Source: Octopus sinensis (lineage: Eukaryota). Taken from it: 64,000 nt of DNA. Positions within the stretch are counted from its first letter, which is position 1. Every line of letters starts with the position of its first letter. Of this stretch, positions 38,944 to 49,639 are shown in pieces. A program made the position numbers and the translations under genes. The stretch covers positions 45,198,001 to 45,262,000 of the forward strand of contig NC_043015.1 of NCBI RefSeq assembly GCF_006345805.1. Direction: 5' to 3'. The notes below the pieces were generated by a model. That model was not told the origin of the DNA. It searched no databases and saw nothing but the letters and a program-made list of their open reading frames with translations.

Positions 38944-39149
38944 GTAATGTGAACCACATTCTGACATGCGGCATTTCTGTAAAAACTTTTTTAGGTTGCC
39001 TTCACTGGTGGCATGAAATACTATGAGGGGTTGTTGATCAGGTGGGGTGAGGCATGCTGCTAGTACTGGGTTGATGTTTTCATGTATAAGCCCTTTCAGC
39101 ATACAGCATTCTTGCAGGAACACTTGAGTCTGATCTGAACGTGCTTGGT
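38944..39149 (-). CDS. RYK: RYK exon, kinase subdomains III-V
   Basis: AG/GT flanks, 206 bp. Translates to DQARSDQTQVFLQECCMLKGLIHENINPVLAACLTPPDQQPLIVFHATSEGNLKKFLQKCRMSECGSHY. Confidence 0.93.
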
Positions 39150-40333
39150 CTGCAATTAACAACAATATTGGAAAACATTTTAAAAAATAAAATAAAGGAT
39201 TATCACAATAGTAATTTCTCACTTTGATACAAACCTTCATCATCATCGTTTAACGTCCGTTTTCCATGCTAGCACGGGTTGGATGGTTTGACCGAGGTCT
39301 GGGAAGCCAGGAGGCTGCACCAAGCTCCAGTCTGATCTGGCAATGTTTCTACAGCTGGATGCCCTTCCTAATGCCAACCACTGCATGATTGTAGTGGGTG
39401 CTTTTTATGTGCCACCGGCACGGAAGCCAGTCAAGGTGGCACTGGCATCGGCCACGTTCGGCTGGTGCTTTTTACGTGCCACTGGCACAGAAGCCAGTCA
39501 AGGCGGCCCTGGCATCAGCCACGTTCGGATGGTGCTTTTTACGTGCCACCGGCACAGGGATCACAGCTACTATTTCCATTGATATTTATTTCGATGTTCA
39601 ACCCTTTAGCATTCAGATTATTCTGTCAAATGTAAAGGGTAAAGACACACTTCGGTCATAAATGACCATGGGATTGCACCTAGAAAGGTCCTCTCTGAGG
39701 CACAAGTCCGGGCAAGGTTGTTTATGGAAGACCGGCAGTCACCCATGCATACCAGCCTCCCCTTTCTGCATCACTGATGATATCTAAGGGAAAAAGCAAA
39801 GGCTGATACAGCTTGGCACCAGTGACATCGCAAATCATTTCTACAGCTGAGTGAACTGGAGCAATGTGAAATAAAGTGTCTTGCTCAATAACACAATATG
39901 CAGCCCGGTCTGGGAATCAAACTCACTACCTCGTGATTGTGAGCCTGACGCTCTAACCAGAGCCATGCACCTTCATTGTCAAATATAATACTTATTTATC
40001 ACCATCATTTTTCGACCGTGGTCGAGACAATGGAATTTACTATGTTACGCCAGACTTCACGGTCCATCATAGCATTACGGAGGTCCTGTTGCTGGATTGA
40101 ATTAATCTCGTGCTATCTCATAGCTTTTCATAGATTTTCATGATGTGATTGCTTATTTTTAGAACAACAGTGTAGGATAGGTGTGAGAGGCTAGATCTGA
40201 TTAGTCTGAACACAAAACAGGTAAAATATCTAAGCCAGATATGGCCAGTTCAAATGCTAAACGGATAAAGAAAAAAACTGTAATTGATTGAATTAATGAT
40301 AGTACATAGGATTACAATATGAATTAGACTCAC

Positions 40334-40426
40334 CTGTGATAGTTTTGATAAATACTTCTTGCTCAAATTCCCCTCCTTTCTCATCCTCTGTGATAATTGT
40401 ACCACAATAAATTTGACCAAATGTTC
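40334..40426 (-). CDS. RYK: RYK exon, kinase subdomains I-II
   Basis: AG/GT flanks, 93 bp. Translates to GTFGQIYCGTIITEDEKGGEFEQEVFIKTIT. Confidence 0.92.
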
Positions 40427-41368
40427 CTGGAAGAATAAAAGACAAAATAAACAAACAGGAATGAGGACAATGAGGATAATGTTTTTTGTTCCTTCTCGAG
40501 CCACGCCTGGCTCATAAGGGCCAGTTTCCCGATTTCTTTGGCGTATAGGTTCCCCACCTGGACGGGACACCGGTCCGTCGCAGGTGAGCTGCAAGATGCA
40601 GGAGGAAAGAGTGAGAGAAAGTTGTGGCGAAAGAGTGAGCAGAAGTTTCGCAATTACCTTCTGCCAGAGCCACGTAGAGCTTAGGTGTTTCACTCATAAA
40701 CACACACATCGCCCGGTATGAGATTCGAACCTGCGATCCCTCGACCGCGAGTCCGCTGCTCTAACCACGAGGCCATGTTCCTCCACTATGATAATGTTTG
40801 GGGTGCTGGCAATGGTGACTTCTAACTTCAGAATTTATAGGGAGGGGGAAACTGGCATTTCGTTGGTAACATTGGAAGAGGGTTCCTGTTGATCCAATCA
40901 ATGGAACAGCCTGATCATGAAATTAACGTGTAAGTGGTTGAGTAGCCCACAGACATGCATACCCTTAAAGTAGTTCTCAGAGAGATTCGGTGAGACATAC
41001 CAAATGTGATGAGGCTGGCTCTTTGAAATAAATACAGATACGACTCATTGTTGCCAGCTGAGTGGACTGGAGCAATGAGAAATAAAGTGTCTTGCTCAAG
41101 GACCCAACATGCCACCAGGAACTGAACTCATGACTTTAAAAACTGTGAGCCAAATACCCTAACCATCAAGCCATACACCTTCACACAGGGAGAGAATTAA
41201 CCAAATGAAATTGGAGTGGCTGTGTGGTAAGTAGCTTGCTTACCAACCACATGGTTCCGGGTTCAGTTCCACTGCGTGGCACCTTGGGCAAGTGTCTTCT
41301 ACTATAGCCTCGGGCCGACCAAAGCCTTGTGAGTGGATTTGGTAGACGGAAACTGAAAGAAGCCCATC

Positions 41369-41414
<46 letters not shown>

Positions 41415-41417
<3 letters not shown>

Positions 41418-41865
41418 TGCCAGCTCTGTCTGGGCCCGTGTCGGTGGCACGTAAAAGCACCATCCATCCGTGTCCGTTGCCAGCCTCGGCTGGCCCCCGT
41501 GCCGGTGACACGTAAAAGCACCGTCCGTTCGTGGCCGGTTGCCAGCTCTGTCTGGCCCCGTGTCGGTGGCACGTAAAAGCACCATCCGTTTGTGTCCGTT
41601 GCCAGCATCGCCTGGCCCCGTGCCGGTGACACGTAAAAGCACCATCCGTTCGTGGCCGTTCGCCAGCTCTGTCTGGCACCTGTGCAGGTGGCACGTAAAA
41701 AACACCCACTACACTCGCGGAGTGGTTGGCGTTAGGAAGGGCATCCAGCCGTAGAAACACTGCCAGATCTGACTGGGCCTGACGAAGCCTTCCAGCTTCA
41801 CAGACCCCAGTTGACCCGTCCAACCCATGCTAGCATGGAAAACGGACGCTAAACGATGATGATGA
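41415..41865 (+). mobile_element. Family C retroposon with about 59-bp internal subrepeats and a (GAT)n tail, nested in a family A SINE
   Basis: Tandem GCCGGTGGCACGTAAAAGCACCATCCG...GTTGCCAGC units, then GAGTGGTTGGCGTTAGGAAGGGCATCCAGC...CCCATGCTAGCATGGAAA and (GAT)n. Other copies at about 2755-3102, 4915-5150, 24165-24570, 29825-30068, 31075-31405, 36722-37093, 39238-39580 and 59695-60085. Confidence 0.85.
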
Positions 41866-42486
41866 TGTGTGTGTGTGTGTGTATGTGTATGTATGTTTGT
41901 GCGTCTGTGTTTGCCCCCACAAACATCGCTTGACAACCGATGCTGGTGTGTTTATGTCCTCCATAACTTAGCGGTTCGGAAAAAGAGACCGATAGAATAA
42001 GTACTAGGCTTTCAAAGAATAAGTCCTGGGGTCAATTTGCTCAACTAAAGGCAGTGCTCCAGCATGGCCACAGTCAAATGACAGAAATAAGTAAAAAAGA
42101 ATAATAATAATAATAATAATAATAAATCCCTTAAAATTTGAAACTGCAAGAATATGGAGTATGAAAACAGCAAAAGTTGTGTGTGTAATAGTTAATGGGA
42201 ACTGCATTGGGGACTGTAAGCAAATATATATAGACAAAAGGATGAAGGAAATTAGAATAGAAAGTTTGCCTCTTAGGGACAGGGATGATTATCAGGAGGG
42301 TCTTAAGCACTTGGAAGACTATTGAAAACTTGTGGATACCTAAGGTTACAGGTATTAACCCGTTATCCACATAAATTCTATCAGGAATAAGAACAGTGGG
42401 ATTTGAACCCAGAAAATAAGGATAGATGGAATGCCTCTAAGCAATCTACCTAGTGTGCTAATGATTCTGCCAGCTCGATGCCTTAA

Positions 42487-42707
42487 CCCTTTCTTTACCA
42501 ACCCGGCTAAAACCAGCCTTGGCTCTGTAGTACAAATGTCTTGTTTTCATAAGTTTTGAATGAAAATCTTCCACCAAACCTTAGTCCCAATTTATGTACC
42601 TATCACTAGCTGAATGATATCTAAGTTATTTTACTAAATTCTTTCTTATATTTAAAGTAATTGAAAACAACACAGAGCATCTCAAAATAAATACAGTAAC
42701 GAAAGGG
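42487..42707. mobile_element. piggyBac-like MITE (second family)
   Basis: TTAA-CCCTTTC...GAAAGGG-TTAA with a different internal sequence. Confidence 0.75.
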
Positions 42708-43609
42708 TTAATAACTGATAATATTAGTCACTGAATAACATGCCTTTTTTTAAAAAACTTGTTGCATATTTTAAGTATGTCTGTACCTTACTTTTACCTA
42801 CTAAGTATATTTCCAGACACATATCAATTTATTAATGTTACATAATGATGAGTATATTTAAAATCTTCCTCATACTTTATTTTTTTTTACACTGAGTTAC
42901 AAAAAAAAAAAAAAAATCAAATTGCAGACAGACAAAAATCCATGATATATGAGCTGGTAGTACATGATAGCTTAATTAGACAACTATTTGGGTTTCCCTC
43001 ATTTTGTAAGGGTTTAAAAACAGGAAGAAAAAATATAAGCAAAAATAAAAAAAAAAAAAATTTATAAAATCAACACTAAATAAATATTGTTATATTTTAG
43101 TTATACCCCATTCGCTAGCATTCTGTAACATAATACAAAGAAATATTTGACTCAATATTAAACAGGAAAACGGCAGTGAGCTAACGGAATCGTTAGCATA
43201 TCAGGCAAAACACTTCATGGCATTTCATCCGTCTTTGCGTTCTGAGTTCAAAGTGGTCAGATATGCTTCATGATAGGCGGCAAGCTGGCAGAAACGTTAG
43301 CATGCCGGGCGAAATGCTTAGCGGTATTTCGTCTGCCACTACGTTCTGAGTTCAAACTCCACCGAGGTCGACTCTGCCTTTTATCCTTTTGAGGTTGGTT
43401 AAATAAGTACCAGTTACGCACAGGGATCGATATAATCGACTTAATCCCTTTGTCTATCCTTGTTTGTGCCCTCTGTGAGTAGCCCCTTGTGGGCAGTAAA
43501 GAAATAAGATATGCATAGACTGGGTGAAGGTGTGCTGATGATAATTGAAGGTGTACAATTAGCTTATTACGAGATGGAAACAGAATTGGTCTTTAGGATG
43601 AGAAATTAC

Positions 43610-43735
43610 CTTCAAGCAAGATTTCACCTAGAGTTATTCGGTTTCTTTCTATTGAAATTTCTTCTAATAAAAGTCGGGGATCAGTTCCTTTTGTGTCCAT
43701 GGGTATGCAGATACCATGCCGGAAGTTTGGAAGAC
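43610..43735 (-). CDS. RYK: RYK exon, juxtamembrane to start of kinase domain
   Basis: AG/GT flanks, 126 bp, phase 1-1. Translates to GLPNFRHGICIPMDTKGTDPRLLLEEISIERNRITLGEILLE. Confidence 0.9.
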
Positions 43736-43916
43736 CTGGAAAAATATAAATTAAATGGAATAAAGTAAGAGGGCAATAAAATAGATGTAGAAAGAGAAAA
43801 TAAAGAGGTTTTCTTTCATTTTTCTGTCAAAACCTCTACGCAGTTAAAAAGTTTGATTTCCAACCACATGGTCTGGGGTCTGGTCTTTTGTGTGTGTGTA
43901 TATATATATATATGTA

Positions 43917-44594
43917 TATGAGGAGGTGCTGAAAAGTTCTTGATTTTAAGGGTCTTGTGAAAGGCCTGGTTGGAGGCCCAACGTTCCAAGTTCTTTTACA
44001 GGACATAGAAAAACTGAAGGACTGCTGCAAAAAGTATGTGAATCTGAGAGGGGAATACGTTGAAAGAATCCAGAAGCTGGCTACCCGCATGGCTCTTGGT
44101 CTCAAGCATTTGTCTTATGAAGAAAGGCTGAAGACGCTCGACCTTTATTCTCTAGAAAAACGCTGCTGCCGTGGTGATCTCATTCTCGCTCACAACATCA
44201 TAAGCAGAAAGTGTAACCTCTCGAAAGAGCTGTTCTTCACTCCTGCTCCAGAGCGTTGGGTGCGGGGTCACTCCGAAAAGCTCTATCTGCAACAATTTCC
44301 TCTCAATCAAAGGAGAGGGGCTTTCTCCGTCCGGGTTGCAGATCCGTGGAATAAGCTGCCGGACGAGATAGTGAAGATGCCGCCAACCGCTCAGTTCAAA
44401 GTCTCTCTTGACCAGAAATGGCCTCAACTCTTTGCATGAACACCCTCCCTGTACATAACTCCATGTCGCCCTACATGGCCTTGCTTTTTGCTTTTTGAGC
44501 CAAAAAATTAACTTGACTTATCTTATAATTAACTGATCCGCCACTATTTTTTTTTTTTTACCCCAAGCTAGGAACTTTTCAGCACCCCTTTGTA
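43917..44594 (+). mobile_element. Mariner-derived MITE interrupted by the CR1 fragment
   Basis: TIRs TATGAGGAGGTGCTGAAAAGTTC and GAACTTTTCAGCACCCCTTTGTA; residual transposase C-terminus CCKKYVNLRGEYVE. Confidence 0.75.
44060..44520 (+). mobile_element. 5'-truncated CR1-like LINE
   Basis: Translates to ERIQKLATRMALGLKHLSYEERLKTLDLYSLEKRCCRGDLI...RGH...FSVRVADPWNKLPDEIV, the CR1 ORF2 C-terminus. Confidence 0.88.
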
Positions 44595-45160
44595 AAAACA
44601 GAAAATCATTTACTCTGACACTTCAGTATTTTCTATGTACCTACTCTATGTTTTGTGTACATGAAAATGTGCATGGTGTTGGTTTTTAGTCCCAGGTCAG
44701 CCTTGATTCAGTAGATCAATGGGCAAAATTGTTTCAACCATGGTTCTCCCATTGTTTTTCAAAGACAGTAGTGTGTGTGTGTGTGACTTGGGGAAATATG
44801 GCTGCTCTTTCAAGCAGAGCAAGTAACTACATAGAAGCATTACTGCTGGTTCAAAACGAGGGGCAGGGAATAAGTGTGGGAGGGTGTGTTGTAAGTGCAG
44901 GTGGGTGTGGTAGGTGTATATACATGTGTGTGAAGGGCAAGGTACAGGAGTCTGTAGGGGTAGGTGTAAGTATGTGTGCGGTAGGTGTGGAGGGTGTTTG
45001 TGAGGGGTTAGGTGTGGAGTGTTTATGAGGGGTTAGGTATGAGGGGTTAGGTGTGGGTGTTTGTGATATAGAGGTGTAGGTGTGTGTGATGTGGGTTGGG
45101 ATGTATGATGATAGTGGTGGGTTAATATTAAAAAAATGGAACTTATTCAAACAAAAATGC

Positions 45161-45209
<49 letters not shown>

Positions 45210-45915
45210 ATATATATGTAGACATTGGGACTTACAGAGGAGACAAAAGGGGGCTGAGAGTCCTGGTGGTTTGCTGTGCTTGAAAAGGAATGTCAAGCTA
45301 AATAAAAGCATGGCTGCCCTTGCATACAGGCTTGTCCCCTGCAACCCTCTCCACCTCAGCATCCCTAGTGCCAGTGCTGCATAAAAGCACCCAGTATATT
45401 CTGTAAAGTGGTTGGCATTAGGAAGGGCATCCTGACATAGAAACCAAGCCAATACAGACATGAAGCCTGAATAGCCCTTCAGGTGGTCAGTTCCTGTTGA
45501 ACTGTCCAACTCATGCCAGCATGGAAAATGGACATTAAATGATGATGTTGATGATCATTTATATATATATATATATATCTCACCGTGACAGACCAGGCTA
45601 CCAGATGTTGCTACACATCGCTGGTTACAATGCACTTTACAGTGTTTTAGCCTTCAAATGACGCCACCCTGCTGGCTAAGCAAGCAGGCCAACAGAAGAA
45701 AGAGTGAGAGAAAGTTGTGACGAAAGAGTATAGCAGGGATCTCCACCAGCCCCTGCTGGGGCCTCGTGGAGCTTTTAGGTGTTTTCGCTCAATAAACACT
45801 CACAACGCCCGGTCTGGGAATCGAAACCGCGATCCTACAACCGCGAATCCGCTGCCCTAACCACTGGGCCATCGTGCCTCCATATATATATATATATATA
45901 AATGGCTAAACTTAC

Positions 45916-45998
45916 CAGAACCTGTAGTATTGTTGGGAGTATCAGCTCGCAAGAATGTCTGGCTTTGTTGAGTGAGTGCTTGTGAGCTGCTTGTGTCA
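45916..45998 (-). CDS. RYK: RYK/Derailed-like receptor, juxtamembrane exon
   Basis: AG/GT flanks, 83 bp. Translates to DTSSSQALTQQSQTFLRADTPNNTTGS; LRADTPNN is the conserved RYK juxtamembrane motif. Confidence 0.9.
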
Positions 45999-46602
45999 CT
46001 GAAAATCATCATCAAAGATGAAAAAAAAAAACAAATTAGAAAGAAAACATAAAAACATTTTTCAACATAATTTTAATTAAACAGGAAAAAATAAAAGAGA
46101 CAAAAACAAAAGTGATAAAAAAAAAAGGAAAAGAAGACAGTTAAAAAAAAATATTCTTGTGATCCTTGAATCTTTAAGAATCCTTATATACAAAGCTTAA
46201 GTGCTGCTATAACTTCCAAATGTGCTAAGTGGGACGTAACGTTAAGAGTTTGTATCTAAGGAAGACTTATATATATATATATATTTTTTTTTTGTAACAT
46301 CTACAAAGAGCAATATTTTTTGCTGTTTTCTATTTTTTTGCTTTTTCTGTAGAAATCTGAAATAAATTATCCAGTGGTGTTCTAGATAAACATCCTGACT
46401 CAAGTGAACATATATGATTCTAATTGTACTGTGAAGCTAAATGAGATGCAATTAGGTTCAACTTGTGATCTTGCAGTTAGATATCAGACAGACTTAATCT
46501 CATCTTGGGGGATGGGAGGTAGGGAGGGTCATACTCTAAACATTAATTTAGGATGTGAATAAATTAATTCATACACAGATATATGTATGTGTAAATATAT
46601 AT

Positions 46603-46648
<46 letters not shown>

Positions 46649-46797
46649 TATGTTGATGCAAACAGGAAAAACAGAACTAGTTTCATAAGTGGCAATGCAT
46701 GAAACTCGGACCTTGAGTCATTCTGTTACTTCTGCTAAATATTAAGAAATATATATAAATGTGTGTATGTATCTATGTATATATATATATATATACA

Positions 46798-46958
46798 CTT
46801 TATTTAAAAGCAGCAGAAATTCAACAAAACCTGTTACTCAGAGTTTCACGTTCCCGTTTGTTGGACAGTTTTGCTAAAATAGCAAAACTGTCCGACGAAC
46901 GGGAACGTGAAACTCCGGGTAACAGGTTTTGTTGAATTTCTGCTGCTTTTAAATAAAG
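46798..46958. repeat. Inverted repeat, probable inverted Penelope-like pLTR pair
   Basis: Arms 46798-46876 and 46880-46958 (79 bp), 3-nt loop, hammerhead-like motif in each arm, flanked by (TA)n. Confidence 0.8.
46888..46925 (+). ncRNA. Hammerhead-like motif with variant core (CCGACGA)
   Basis: CUGU CCGACGA ACG GGAA CGU GAAA CUC C GGG UA^ ACAG: stems I, II and III all pair, but U4 is C. The mirror copy on - has a perfect ACUC/GAGU stem III but core CCAACAA. Confidence 0.55.
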
Positions 46959-47581
46959 CATATTACTCTACCCCTGGTATTTGAGTACTCTTTTTCCCAC
47001 CTTGTTTCACATTTATGTGTTTACTCCGGTATATACATATATATATATATATATAGTTGAAATTTATGTATATAAATGCACACACATTTATACACATACA
47101 GACCCTTACAGCATAGAGCCATATGTATACTCTTTACTTGTTTCAGTTATGTGACTGTGGCCATGCTGGAGCACCACCTTTAGTCGAGCTAATCGACCCC
47201 AGGACATATTCTTTCTGAGCCTAGTACTTATTCTATCGTCAGTCTTTTTTTGCCGAACCGCTAAGTTAGGGGACATAAACAAACCAGCATCGGTTGTCAA
47301 GCGATGTTGGGGGGACAGGCACAGACACACAAACACACATACACACACACACACATATATATAAGGCGAGCTGGCAGAAACGTTAGCATGCCGGGTGAAA
47401 TGCGTATCCGTATTTTGCCTGTCATTACATTCTGAGTTCAAATTCCACCAAGGTCGACTTTGCTTTTCATCCTTTCGGGGTCGATAAATAAAGTACCAGT
47501 TTCACACTGGGGTCGATGTAATTGACTTAATCCCTTTGTCTGTCCTTGTTTGTCCCCTCTATGTTTAGCCGCTTGTGGGCA

Positions 47582-47620
<39 letters not shown>

Positions 47621-49438
47621 GAGATGCAGCACAGATTTTTGTCAGTGAACAGGTCGCGGTCTTAAAGCGACGAAAATAATTTGACAAATTAAACTTAAAT
47701 GTTGAAGTGAATTGAACGGCTTTTGTGTGTTTCTTACATGGCTTACAAACACCTTCCACGCTGCAATTGTTTTCGTTTCAGCACACGATCTCAGATTAAA
47801 TCACTTGCTATGCAAGTACATCTCCGAAATATATATATATATACATACACACACATATATATACAACGGGGCTACCAAATCCACTCACAAAGCTTTGGTC
47901 GGCCTGAGGCTATAGTAGAAGACACTTTCCAAGGTGCCATGCAGTGGGACTGAACCCAGAACCATGTGGTTCGTAAGCAAGCTTACCACACAGCCACTCC
48001 TACGTCCACATGCGCACACAAACTAATAAACACAAGAACACATATCTCTACACAGAGCGGGGATAGGATTATTTATTTGAATTGGTGGGGGTCTTTGATG
48101 AAATCAAGAAGCCAGATACTAAATGTTAGTCATTGTGGAAATAAACTATAAATAATCATAGACATGTGTGTGTGTGTGTGTGTGAAAGAGTGAGTGAGAG
48201 AGAGAGAAGAGATGTAATTGAATATAGAAAACTTAAGAACACCCTTCATAGTTAAGTAGGTGTGGAGAAACAGAAGAGTTTTTGACTCTGATGGGGGTAG
48301 ACAGACAGACAGACGAAGAGTGATATACAGACAGATAGATGAATGGGTGGATAGACAGACAGACAGAGATGCATAGATAAACAAGCAGATATGTAGGTAA
48401 GCAGACAGATGGATAGACAGACAGTCATATGTATGAATGAATATGTGTGTGTGTACACATATATATGGAGTGAGGGGGAGGACAGTCAGATGTATGTATG
48501 TATGTATGTATGTATGCATGCATGTAGACAGAATGGCAGATAAGGCAGCGAGCTGGCAGAAACGTTAGCACGCTGGGTAAAATGCTTAACAGTATTTCGT
48601 CTGCCGTTACGTTCTGAGTTCAAATTCCGCTGAGGTCGACTTTGCCTTTCATCCTTTCGGGGTCGATAAATGAAGTACCAGTTATGCCTGGGATCGATAT
48701 AATCGGCTTAATCCGTTTGTCTGTCCTTGTTTGTCCTCTCTATGTTTAGCCCCTTGTGGGAAATAATGAAATAAGAACGGCAGACAATCAGAAAGATGGA
48801 CTGATAGATAGGTCTACATATTAAGACAGAGAAACAGACAGAGGTGGACAGGCAGATAGAAAGATAGACAGACAAAAAAAAAAAACAGATTAGCAGTCTA
48901 ATTAGCAATTAACTCTTAACGCACAATCCCAACTATTTACACTGGAGAGCCCTGTATTAGCTTGCAGTGTTGATCTTTCTTCTTTAATGTATCACATGTC
49001 TTCAAATGAGTGCCGGCATGGTTGTACAGTTAAGAAGATTGATTAGCAACTATGTGGTTCTGGGTTCGATCCTACTTTCTACCATAACCCTGGGTTGATT
49101 TATGCTTTGCGAGTGGAATTACCACACAACCACTCCTGGACCTATTTCATATATATATATAGAAAGAAGAATAAAATGAAGTTGTGAAGTTTTTAAGAGT
49201 ATATTACCAATAACGATTTGTTGTTGATAATAAACTTTTATTAAATTCACAATCTCCATTTTCTTCTTCTTCCTTTGCAGGAATATAAAGTACAGTTTAT
49301 ATAGATACCTATTATTTTAAGGAAATCAATTCATCCACCACGCAAATATTAGGTATTGAACCAGTATTTCCTTGGATGACACCATCCCCTCATGAGGCTA
49401 ACATAACCTCTAATTGAATTATATATATATATATATAT

Positions 49439-49639
49439 CAGTGGTTTTCAACCAGGGTCCCGCCAGTACAGTCCAGGGGTTCTGCAAGAAGTTACAAAAC
49501 TGCTAAAATCGGCAGTAATTTTTAATTCTCCTGTGCAGATATGTGTGCATATGACTATTAAATTATTGCACAGGGGTTCCTCGAGCCAGTGGAATGTTTC
49601 CTTGGGGTTCCGCTCCAGCAAAAAGTTTGAAAAGCACTG
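49439..49639. mobile_element. hAT-like MITE
   Basis: TIRs CAGTGGTTTTCAAC and GTTTGAAAAGCACTG, inserted in a (TA)n tract. Confidence 0.75.
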
